A stretch of 64,000 bases of DNA from Octopus vulgaris. Lineage: Eukaryota. Below, one piece after another: positions 41,627 through 53,683 of this stretch. Location: the NCBI GenBank assembly GCA_951406725.2, contig OX597816.1:153264001-153328000 (forward strand). The letters are read 5' to 3'. The first letter of the stretch is position 1. Every line of letters starts with the position of its first letter. Below the pieces are notes generated by a model. That model was not told where the DNA came from. It saw nothing but the letters and a program-made list of their open reading frames with translations, and ran no database searches. A program made the position numbers and the translations under genes.

Positions 41627-41676
41627 TCTGACTGATGAGGCAACGGAAATTGCCGAAACTGACGTCAGTATTCAGA
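41627..41676 (+). ncRNA. Type I hammerhead ribozyme motif (inverted paralog of 41301-41351)
   Basis: ucuga CUGAUGA ggcaa-cggaaa-uugcc GAAA cugacgucaGUA uucaga. Stem III is the perfect palindrome ACUGACGUCAGU. Confidence 0.82.
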
Positions 41677-41815
41677 ATTCTCGATCGGCATTTATCGGAC
41701 GATTAAGGACGCTGTTATTGTATATACTTACATTTATGTGCGTTGACAACAGCATTAAAGCATCTTAGGTCTTATTTCTAGCAATGTAGGAGCCAGATTT
41801 AGTGACAATTATATG

Positions 41816-41862
<47 letters not shown>

Positions 41863-41884
41863 ATGTGTGTGTATCATATGTATG

Positions 41885-41923
<39 letters not shown>

Positions 41924-42599
41924 CACTCAGGCGCGCGCTCATATATGTATGTATTTATCGGCACCGATTTTTGTGGACCGTGTCCATTTTTTCTAAACCA
42001 TGAACAATATATATATATATATAATGGTTCACGTAGTACATTTTGGAGCTACACTCTTAGATGAGCTGATGGACTGTATCATTCTTCACCAACTTTAACC
42101 ATTATTGCAAGAATTGAATTAGTATACCAGGCTACATCCACGATGTCTACACGCAAACAATCCCATTAAGAAGTAATTAAGTGCCTATGATAAAAGACAA
42201 TGTAAAATTTCTACAATAGGACAATAAATTGCAAGGGTAAATATGCATAAAGAAATTTAAAATATCCGTAGATTATTTCAAAGTCTCTCTAAGGAAGCTA
42301 ATGAGTATTATAATAAATATTTATAAAATAAACATCTACTATTCCGTCATCAATATCATTTTTAAAAATACAAACGTTAAATAAATTAATCATTCAAGTA
42401 AATTCATAGTAAGTTTCAATGTGTGTGGTATTGTGAACAATGGGAAATACAATTCAACATGACATCCGTGCGTTCAAATATGCAAATTAAATAATTTTAA
42501 TAAAAAATGTAAATTAATACTAGGAAAAATCAGACAGTTTCTTGCTTGCATTTGTGAGGCCGATAATACAAAATGGACATCAAGATTTGAGGGAGAAGA

Positions 42600-44152
42600 A
42601 AAGCAGTAAACTTTTCTAAATAGTTAGAATTAGTCTCTTCTGCAAGAGAAACATCATAATCTTCATCTATTGAAAAAGAACAACAGAAGTAAAAGGTTTT
42701 TAGGTCATTTTTTAAAATAAAAGAACCCAGGGAAGATTTTCGTAATCTATTCTTCTGGTCAGTCCAAAGTTCTATAACATTATATAAGAAAACTAGTTCC
42801 TACCTGTCTGTGTGCTCATGCCGTACATTTTTCTCCTTTTTTTTGTTTTTCTTCATTTTGCTCCTCTTCGTCAAAGTTCAGTCCTTTGCGAGAATTCACT
42901 CTTCTTGGTGTAGCTCTTTCAGGTTGTCGATGCACTGTTCTCTTTGCTTCTCAACTAAATAATTTATGTCCTCTTAATTCGCCTCCAGGTGGACTATCAC
43001 AGCATTCAGTTTTCTCCATCACAAGTCTTGTCTTAAACATTGAAGATACATCAAGTGACAATGCTTTCTAAGAAATATTTGAAGTACTCAGAAGTAAGCT
43101 CTCTTCACCACTTCACAACTAAACGCAGAGTATATGCAAAAGTGAAATGATTTTTCCGAAACACTTTTAGTGTCGTATCAGTGGGTGAAGTCGTTTCAAA
43201 ACAGGTCCTGAACAGATGTTTTGTGTATAATCTTTTAAGCATGCAGTCTCTTGGTGATCTAAGTGCTATAGAAAAGAAGTAGTATTAGGATGTAATAAAC
43301 AGACTTTGAGAAAATCAAATTCTTTCGACATTTTTTTCATGACTTTGAATGGATGTAACGGAGTATTATCCATAACAGGAACAACACTTTCAATCAGAGG
43401 TAGTCATGCACAGTGGGAGCAAATACATCAGGGAACCACGCACTAAATAGATTCTTCGTAACTCAGCCCTTCGTGTTGGAAATCTACTGAACAATAAATC
43501 TGTTCTTTATGTTTTGGAAGTTCGAGGGTTTTTTGAATTACATACTAGGAGTGATTTCATATGTAATCCCCGTGAAGCATTAGTGCAAGAAAAGCAATCT
43601 TAGCTTATCCTTTCTCACTCATGATTTGACAACTTAGCCTCTTCTTGTGTGGTGTTGGTTCTTATAAGCACGTTACAGAAGAAGGGCCGGTTTCATTCTG
43701 TCAATATCTTTGCTAGGAGTTTCGCTATGCCACTCAACAATGTGAACACTCGTATGATTGGAAGCAACACGTACTGGCTTTACACTCAACTGGTTTTCCA
43801 CCAGTGACAACAGGAGCAAGTATTTCAAGCTGCCTGTAAATAAATTTAGCTTTATTCACAGGGAACCACTAGCTAATTGCTTTTATTTTATTTTATCGGT
43901 ATCAATAATAAATTTTCTCATTTTATCTGTGCTTGAGAAATGTTATTAAGCCTGAATATGCCTTTTGATATCGTTGCACATTATAAGCTTTTTTTTCGTT
44001 AAAACGGTACAAATTGTACACTTGACTAATCCAAATTCCACACTAAATTCACTTAAACTGAAGCCAGTATCTCTCTCAGTAGTAAGTTCTGCTTTTCTTT
44101 AAAAATATATTGCTATACTAAAGTTTGTTCTTCGTGGCTTTGATTTTGTCAT
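42600..44152 (-). mobile_element. Decayed pogo/Tigger (CENP-B-like DDE) transposase
   Basis: Manual minus-strand reading gives EFGLVKCTICTVL (HTH), AISG..IK, CTNAS, VMDNTPLHP at 43350-43379 (LxxDNAPxHP motif), a TS..HLD motif and an acidic C-terminus, with many stops. Confidence 0.6.
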
Positions 44153-44777
44153 GGTGAATATTTTACTATCAAAAACGTGAACCACAGCAATCTTTTTGAT
44201 TTTGAAAAATTTCCACTGATTGAAATAAAATATAAAGAAGCAAAATGACGCTATAAATTTATCCATTTTATTCATCTAATTATTTATTTTGATATAAGAA
44301 TAGCATGAACAACAGGAAGCAACTCAAGATATCATTCGTTTCCTTCGTTTGAAAAAAAATTATCTTATTTACATGGAGATTTTTTGTTGAACTGATTTTA
44401 TTCATTGACAAAATGTTAAAAAAAGCATTCGTTACCAAAAGAAGCCACTGTATATGGGTAGAGCAAAGGAAATCAAGGGAGGAAGAGGGAGGAGAAGAGG
44501 TGGGGATTGGAGAAGAGAGAGAGGGAGAGATAAAGAGATAAGAGATAATTTATCATATCAATATTAAATGGTCAAATTCAATTTCCAAATTTTTTCTTTC
44601 ACTACATAAAATAAACTTTGTCTCTCTTCCCCCACCATACATATATATATATATATATATACTGACATTGCGTCTATCAATGGGTTTTGACGTTACATTA
44701 TTACTCACAGTTCTTCTGAAGTTGAACTCAACTGGGTTTCCTGTTGTAAGGAATTTTAAATATATATCTTTACATAA

Positions 44778-44898
<121 letters not shown>

Positions 44899-44939
44899 TT
44901 CCTCCTCTCTCTCTCTCTCTATATATATATGTATAATAT

Positions 44940-44982
<43 letters not shown>

Positions 44983-45003
44983 TTATTATGTTACATTGTA
45001 TTA

Positions 45004-45046
<43 letters not shown>

Positions 45047-45085
45047 ATATTGTATATATATTATTATGTTACATTGTATTACATC

Positions 45086-45291
<206 letters not shown>

Positions 45292-46888
45292 CTATGGGTT
45301 GCTTTGAATAGACTGCATTTATGCTTTCGAGTTACCACTGGATCTATATTTATATTAATATATATTGATTCGACTATTCGTGTTCTGTCGTCAATGAACG
45401 GATGATCACTCGTATTGACTATAGAAGAGAAGGAAGGAAAGTTGCGTCGTTCATGGTTTTGCCAAGATTATATAGAGAGTAAGTGAAGTGCGATAACATA
45501 CGAACCATACAAGCGACAGATATTACACCTTTAGAATTAAGACGCACCTATTGCAAATAACTTTGCGCATTTTGAACATCTCTGCCAACTTAATAAAGCA
45601 TATGCTGGTTTAATATATTATTCCATGTCATATTATTTTACTCCTCTTTAATTGGCTTCAGCTACTGGTCTTCTGCGATGCAGGTACACAGGGGCTTAAT
45701 TAATTATATGAATACCAGTTCTTTGTCCGCAACCTATTTCATAATTTTCACGTTTCCAGAAGATAGCAAAATAAGCATTGACAAAACAGTAGATAATTCA
45801 GTTAGTCACTATTGCCATAGGTTATTTTTGATCGAATGTACTGGTTCTCCCTACGTTGTTATACAAACATACCAACCAATAATAGTAAAATGCATCATAA
45901 TAGTAGAATACTGCCAGCGGAATCGAATCCGGAGCACATTGATGTGAGGCAAAATTCTTAACCACACAACCATGTCTACACTCAAATATGATCTTATTTT
46001 CGCAACTTCTTAAAATAAAAGTAACTTAAGGCCAAAATATTTAATCTAAGGAACTAACCAGAAATATGTATTGGGTGAGATTAGCGAGAGTTTAATAACA
46101 TATTCAGCTGTCCTGTAAATACGAGACATGTTTCAGTTTTATTCTAACTCTATCTTTCAGGCAAAATATCCACTGCACATATCGAAGTTGTGTTCAATGA
46201 ATAACGAAGTACTGGCTGAGATATGAAAATAGAATTCTTTGAAAAGTAATTCTGAGACGCCATATGCATAAATTGCCCGTAGATAAATTAGTGTTACCAT
46301 TTCTAATGCATAGAAAATAAGCCATTGGCTCTTAAACTCCTTAATGGTGTCGTAGACACGTCGTGTAACATAAGATGAGTCTTGGGCACTTATAGAGCTG
46401 GTGAAGCCCACCCCTCTCCAGATTTGACCGCAGCCGATTTATTCCAGAAGAGAAAAAAGCGCCCAGAAAGAGTTCGAAAAAGCAGAATCCTACCTACGAT
46501 AGAATTGGTACATTATTGACCCCCAAATAGGTGAAAGGTAAAATAACATCACAGGAATATGCACTCAGGGAGTAGAGAGTTAGAATGACCGCCGCAAATC
46601 AACCTATCTGACACACAGAAGCCTCTGACAATTAACCGCCCTTAGAGCATATAAGAACCAATGAATTTATATAGCAATGATGGAGAATAAGTATATTAGT
46701 AAGTAATACCAATTGACATGAGCTGACATTCAACGATTATGAATATACAAGGATTTCTTATTTAGCAATATGAATATAATTGTTGCCTTAAAAGACTGAT
46801 ATGCTATGATATCCATAGCGTCCATAGAAAACTAAACAGCGTACCGTGCTTCATAGTATTAAATATCACACACACACACACCATACTT

Positions 46889-46921
<33 letters not shown>

Positions 46922-48029
46922 GACACACACACACGCACACATACACACACACGCACACACACTGACATAGAGAGAAATGTATAGCTATAATGTATGAAAA
47001 ATGGGTGCTCAAACCCAAAATGCAACTAAGAAATCCACATAAAATATAAATATGCAGTAGATATTTATTCCTAAAATACGCAAAACCTCATTGAGGTGTG
47101 AAATCTGTTGAAGAGAGTTGGATGGTGGATTCGGGGGAACGCTAGATAAAAAGAACTTTTTTATCCAGCGTTCTAGCGATTCTACAATCCAACACTTATT
47201 TAAAAATACATATAACCAAGGCACAAGGTGACATGTTAGGATTTAAACATGTGTAGAATAGTGAGAGTACAGAGTAAGGCATTTAGTTTGGCGCACTACC
47301 AGTTTTGCCACTCCTCCTCATCTACTCTAATAAGTAACTCTTACCCAATTGGGTACTCATTGTCACTCGACCTGTTAGAAATAGCAGCGAAATCTCTCTC
47401 CTGTGACATTCAATAGTCTTTAAAGAAGGGAACAAACTGGACATGGTCCTTGATACATTGTGCAGGCAATGCATAATGTATCAAGGTTCGCATGCATTCG
47501 GTTATAGGGCAACTCGATCAGGGCTGACTTTATGGTTAAACAACAACAACACAAACTACAACTTACATAGAAACCCAAAACTCTACTCTTCCTGACATAG
47601 AGAATAACTATTTAGTGTCTGTTTCAACACTTTGGAATCTCTACTTCTTCACCGCCCCAAAACAAAGAAAACGTTGAAGAGAACTGAACTGCATTTTGTT
47701 GAAGTTGTTGTCGATTAGTTCTTATTCAAAATTGATCGAACATACCTAAAATCGACAGCATTGCATCCATGACAATCTCACTTTCTAATGTTTTAGCGAT
47801 GTAGTTAGAAGTACATTATCCAATGTGCACTTTTTATATTAACATGGTAGAATGTTATCTGAAAATAATTTTCTAGCAGGTCGGATCAGAAGCTCTTTCA
47901 TTCGATATGGAGAGTTTCTATTCACATGTACAGAGGCGCTTGATGTGTTTGTGTGTGAGCATGCGGATGTGCGTGCGTAAGCGCGCGTCATAAAAACACA
48001 CTCACTCACACACACATACACACACACAT

Positions 48030-48075
<46 letters not shown>

Positions 48076-48890
48076 CTATCCATCCACATACACACAAGAA
48101 CACACACGCACACTCACACACACATACACATACACCACACACACACACACACTTATATGTGCTTGAACGTGCGATTAAGGCAGGATTATACATGTGGATG
48201 TGTGCATGTGAGCATGTATGTGTTTGCTTGTTTGTGTGTATGTGCGTGTATGTGTGTGTATGTGATGGAATGCCGGGAAGATATTGTGCATGAGAGAGAG
48301 AGTGAGAGAGAGAGAATAGTGAGGGAATTTGTATATGACTGATTGTCTTAGTGATATCAGTTGTCTGCATGTGTCTGTGTGAATGTCTTATATGCGCGAA
48401 TGCGTAAGTAGCCTGATCAAGATGACATCAAAGAGCATAAATCATGCGTGCTACTGAAGACTTTGGCAGTGTTAATTAACTTTTAATTAGAACTAAACAT
48501 AGCGATGTTGGTTGCAATCTCAGAAGCTGCTCTTTCATTCCATTTCAGAGGCTATCACTGTTCGGAACTTGTTATTTGTGATATATTCATGCAATACAGC
48601 TATGTGATATGTCTATCTGATAGCAAGATATCAGCAAAATAAAATGCATTTATTAGAAATTAATTGCTCTCTCTGTGATTTGCATCTATGTATGTATGTA
48701 TGTATGTATGTATGTATGTATGTATGTATGTATGTATGTATGTATGTATGTATGTATGTATGTGTGTGTATGTATGTATGTACGCATGAACGGATGTATA
48801 TGTGCGTATGGATATGCATGTGTGTGTTTGTATGTATATGAATGTAAATTACATTTAGCTATACAGTCAGTACTCAATAACTAAAGCTGA

Positions 48891-48956
<66 letters not shown>

Positions 48957-49034
48957 ATATATATATATATATATTTTTAAGAAAAATAAAAACGGAAAAT
49001 ACGCACACTTACATGGTTATGGTATAATTTTTAA

Positions 49035-49071
49035 TGTATCGACTGGTTTCGCAATCGCTATTCATGATACA
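49035..49071 (-). ncRNA. Minimal hammerhead-like motif with A3-U8 core variant (left arm)
   Basis: uguauc AUGAAUA gc-gauu-gc GAAA ccaGUC gauaca: perfect 6-bp stem I. Confidence 0.6.
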
Positions 49072-49273
49072 ATGTTTAATTTATATGAAAATATATTTTT
49101 TGTTAAGAAGAAAATGGGTCCATGTTGTTTATAATGAGATTCACGAGTGAATGATTTTACAAGAATGATTTTACTTGTCAACTTGTAAAATCATTCACTC
49201 GTGAATTTCATTATAAACAACATGGACCCATTTTCTTCTTAAGAAAAAATATATTTTCATATAAATTAAACAT

Positions 49274-49310
49274 TGTATCATGAATAGCGATTGCGAAACC
49301 GGTCGATGCA
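49274..49310 (+). ncRNA. Minimal hammerhead-like motif with A3-U8 core variant (right arm)
   Basis: uguauc AUGAAUA gc-gauu-gc GAAA ccgGUC gaugca: stem III palindrome ACCGGU, GUC site. Confidence 0.62.
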
Positions 49311-49708
49311 TTAAAAATTATACTATAACCATGTAAGTGTGCGTATTTTCCGTTTTTATTTTTCTTATATACATTACAATCCACCACGTGGGGACAACCG
49401 AAGTTCCTCTTTACTGTTACTACTATATACATATATATATGTATGTATGTATGTATACATACGTACATACATACATGCATACATATATATGTATATATGT
49501 GTATGTGCATAAACACACGCACACACACACATGTGAGAGGTTTTGCTATCCAGAAGTCCCAAAAGGCAAGTACAATTATGTAAGTGCTACGGAAGGATCA
49601 CTGTTAGACTCCTGGTTCGATAATAGTATGAGTGAGGAGTCTAACGGGGGCTGTGTAAGAAAACCGAGGCAGTGTGAAATTTCTAGGACATTTATAAAGA
49701 GAAAGGTA

Positions 49709-49756
49709 GTCTTACCGCTGTTTCAGTGTTATAAAAGATATCCCATCATCAGAGAC
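49709..49756 (-). ncRNA. Degenerate type I hammerhead motif
   Basis: gucu CUGAUGA [weak stem II] GAAA c-agcg-GUA agac. Confidence 0.5.
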
Positions 49757-49860
49757 GATATGAGAGAGTTAACTGGAAGGAAATAGTAGAGTTCAATATA
49801 AGAAGTTATTTTGGAAAGGGAGAGACATAGGAAGTATAAAGGGAAATATGAGAATAAAAA

Positions 49861-50070
49861 TAAAAATAAAAATATATGCAGGATGTTATAGTTGTTCCGT
49901 TATCCAAGTAATGTGTTGTGAAGAATGGGTAAAAAAGCTTCTTGTCCATGGTATATAAATTCCGATAGGAATTCTACCATGGACAAGAAGCCTTTTTATC
50001 CATTCTACATAGTACATTGTTTGGATAACGGAGCAGCAACTTTAAAATCCAACATATATTTTTATTTTTA
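49861..50070. repeat. Imperfect inverted repeat with ~95-bp arms
   Basis: gcttcttgtccatggta / taccatggacaagaagc; tccgttatccaa / ttggataacgga; inner aattcc-gata-ggaatt. Confidence 0.9.
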
Positions 50071-50129
50071 AAAAGGCTTCGTTTTAGATAGACAGACAGA
50101 GAGACAGACAGACTGACAGACAGACAGAC

Positions 50130-50204
<75 letters not shown>

Positions 50205-50211
50205 CACACAG

Positions 50212-50263
<52 letters not shown>

Positions 50264-50299
50264 CATATATATACAAACACACACACACACACACATAAA

Positions 50300-50656
50300 T
50301 TAGTGTACATTTATGCACAAAGAGGCAAGCCTTTAACAGGTTGCCTAACATACTAGAAAGAAGAGTCAACGAGTCTAAACCACAGTTAAGAGCAATTTCG
50401 AAGGGAATAAAAAATAAAAACATTTACCATGTTTTACAGCCGGACCTCAGATTTCGAACTTTAATCAGCAAATAAAATAATTTGCAAGGCGAAGTTCTCA
50501 TCAGCGGTTACACCAAAACATTAATATATAAATTAGAGACCAAATAACACGTATCTGATCGTTATATATTATAGTTTTTCAAATCCACCGCTATTCTTTC
50601 TAGTATGTTAGGCAACCTGCTAAAGGCTTGCCTCTTTGTGTATAAATGTACACTAA
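50300..50656. mobile_element. Cassette with 63-bp terminal inverted arms enclosing a hammerhead
   Basis: 50300-50362 vs 50594-50656, 2 mismatches by eye. Follows a (TA)n(CA)n tract. Confidence 0.88.
50435..50512 (-). ncRNA. Type I hammerhead ribozyme motif with extended stem II
   Basis: uguaaccg CUGAUGA gaacuu-[cgccuu gcaaau-uauuuu-auuugc ugauua]-aaguuc GAAA uc-uga-gGUC cggcugua: canonical core, GUC site. Confidence 0.8.
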
Positions 50657-50760
50657 ATTTTATATGAAAAATATGTCTATTGAGTTTGTATACATACTAG
50701 GCCACTGGCAGAAAACAATTTCTATAATTTTTCCTACCCTATATATATATATATATATAA

Positions 50761-51015
50761 GCAAGAAGTTAGAAAAAATTAAGGGGTATTATTTATTCAA
50801 CATTACACATGTTCCATTTGCTAATGCGAATTACAAAGCTTTACATATAAGAAATTTCCTATTAGAAATTCTTTCAGTAGAAAATCAAATAATATTATTT
50901 GATTCTCTGTCTGAAGAATTTCTTATAGGAAATTCCTTACTTGTTGATCCAACATGTAGAACTTTCTAATTTCTCTTAGCAAATGGAACATGTGTAATGC
51001 TGAATTAACAATACC
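50761..51015. repeat. Palindromic element, copy 2 (family of 1820-2032, opposite orientation)
   Basis: cattacacatgttccatttgctaa / ttagcaaatggaacatgtgtaatg. The segment ttgttgatccaacatgtagaacttt is the reverse complement of 1861-1885. Confidence 0.85.
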
Positions 51016-51247
51016 TAAAAAGTGTTTCCAAATTCCTATTTTGATACGTAATAACTCTGCAAACAGGTTCAGAATTTTCAACTCTAGTACCTATATCACA
51101 TAAATACAACTACTACATAATGGATTGTAATACTGGAATACCCAGATGTGCTTCCAGAAGACACAACTCGGCTTTCCCCCTACCTACACAGTATGTATGT
51201 ATGTATGTATGTATGTATGTATGTATGTATGTATGTATGTATGTATG

Positions 51248-51278
<31 letters not shown>

Positions 51279-51572
51279 GTCGTTATTCACTTTATTTCAA
51301 AATTTCTTGCCAATAGAAAAAGAACCGGCTTGTAACCTAGATCCAAGGTTCCTTCATTGGAATTTCAACATCAACAACAGGATATTTTTGTATGTATGTA
51401 TGTATGTATGTATGTATGTATGTATGTATGTATGTATGTATGTATGTATGTATGTATGTATCTATGTATGTATGTATCTATGTATTCTCAAGCATATAGT
51501 TGCATATCTAGACATGCTCATATATATTTAAATACTGTATGTATGTATATATATATATATATATATATAGAA

Positions 51573-51642
<70 letters not shown>

Positions 51643-52108
51643 ATATGGGCTTAAAATTGTACAAGATTTGTTTAAGTAGCTACGGCTTTGTCTCGAAATC
51701 CTTTTCTAACGGAAATTTTAAAAAGCTGAAATATATATTTATAGTTTAGGCAGATCAATTGATAGAATGTTCAAGAAAAAAAAATTAATATTACATGATT
51801 GCAGTACATAAATTTGAAAATTCACTTTTATGAAAGCGAAATATAATATGTGTGTTGAAGTATTATGTTTACTTCCTTCTTTACCTATCTACCAACATAC
51901 TTATATACATACATACATATAAGCACGCATACAAATAACACACACACACAAATAACTATTAACACATACACACATGCAAGTATGCATACACATACACAAA
52001 AACATACGTACATGCATGTAAGCGTACATACGCACACATGTCTACGTATAGCGACATACGCATCATACGCATATATATATATATAAATACATACTGATAC
52101 ACATACAT

Positions 52109-52203
<95 letters not shown>

Positions 52204-52897
52204 CACGCGTATATGAAGATTAAGATTTGTGGTGACCAACATATCTTAATCTTAGTAGATACATTCTGGTTGTTATAGAACTTATGTCGACATTAACTTT
52301 GACATTGGTTTTTATGTTTCCTACATGACATGTTGAATATTGTGCATAATAATCTTGGGGAGGCAACATCCAAACAATTTGGAAAGGTTTTAGCTGGTGT
52401 CCATGTTTTAGTTCAATACATTACTGTTTTACTGCTGTTTCACTGTCTTAGAGGTCGATTTAGATATAGTTTCTATATTGTCATTTTTCTAGGTTCTGAC
52501 AGGATATTAACATTCATAAAGCTTGAGCTATATGAGCATTAATATCCTGTCCTGAGTTAGCCAGGCTTCTAGGCTCTGGAAATCTTCCACTTTTCAGTAT
52601 ATATTAAATGTGTGTGTGTGCGCGTGCGTGTATATGCATATATATATTGTAGACATCATAAGAATGTTTAAATGTCGGCAAAATGTGAAATAATTCTCTT
52701 TTGGAATAGTGACTCCTAAAAGTGTCGAAGGCAGTTTTGAATTTTGTTTTATCCAAAAGGGGTTTTCAACCCAAAATTTACATTAGCTTTATTGCGTTCT
52801 TCGAGTTTGATATGTATGTACACATAAAAGTACATGCATACATATCCACAAGTTTCTTTTAACTTTTTTTATTCTCTCTCTGTTTATTTCATCGCGT

Positions 52898-52936
52898 TCT
52901 ATTCTGTTGAAGAGCGTAAGCTCGAAACGTAAAAGA
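52898..52936 (+). ncRNA. Hammerhead-like motif with non-canonical CUGUUGA core in a pLTR-like segment before (TA)n
   Basis: ucuauu CUGUUGA a gagc-GUAA-gcuc GAAA cGUA aaaga. Confidence 0.45.
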
Positions 52937-53021
52937 CTTTCTCACCTTCCCGAGCGTCAAGCTATTACACCTGCTTGTTATTTATACACCTGTCTTCGCC
53001 TTTTGCTTTTCTGTAAATTTC

Positions 53022-53116
<95 letters not shown>

Positions 53117-53118
<2 letters not shown>

Positions 53119-53273
53119 AGGCGTAGGAGTAGTAAGTAGCTTGCTTACGAACCACATGGTACCGGGTTCAGTCCCACTGCGTGGCACTTTGGGCAAGTGT
53201 CTTCTACTATAGCCTCGGGCCAACCAAAGCCTTGTGAGTGGATTTGGTAGACGGAAACTGAAATAAGCCCGTC

Positions 53274-53317
<44 letters not shown>

Positions 53318-53550
53318 ATGTATGTATGTATGTGTGTGTGTGTGTGTGTGTATGTGTTTGTGTGTCTGTGTTTGTTTGTCCCCCCAGCATCGCTTGACAA
53401 CCTATGCTGGCATGTTTACGTCCCCGTAACTTAGCGGTTCCGCAAGAGAGACCGATAGAATAAGTACTAGGCTACAAGGAATAAGTCCTGGGGTCGATTT
53501 GCTCGAGTAAAGGCGGTGTTCCAGCATGGACTCAGTCAAATGACTGAAAC
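53117..53550 (+). mobile_element. tRNA-derived SINE (family B, CORE-like) with internal microsatellite
   Basis: gggttcagtcccactgcgtggcactttgggcaagtgtcttc...(TA)n(TG)n...tttacgtccccgtaacttagcggttc...tgactgaaac. Paralogs at 59481 and 61380. Confidence 0.85.
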
Positions 53551-53638
53551 ATATATATATATCTGCATATATATATATAAATATATATATATATATGTGT
53601 GTGTGTGTGTATGTATATATGTATATATGCATGTATAT

Positions 53639-53683
<45 letters not shown>

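Larger units (their letters stand above)
41138..41812. mobile_element. Composite inverted-repeat cassette between microsatellites carrying two hammerheads
   Basis: 41138-41250 is inverted at ~41414-41520. ~41245-41390 is inverted at ~41592-41735. A third partial arm lies at ~41773-41812. Confidence 0.85.
48978..49367. repeat. Near-perfect palindrome: 186-bp arms, 18-bp spacer
   Basis: Arms 48978-49163 and 49182-49367, about 5 mismatches by eye. The ORF track shows the same peptide on both strands. Confidence 0.97.

Noticed and set aside
52217-52551. Two short hairpins (aagattaagat/atcttaatctt; gacaggatattaa/ttaatatcctgtc)
   Set aside because: Real but short and AT-rich, with no ribozyme core or termini; cannot assign a function.
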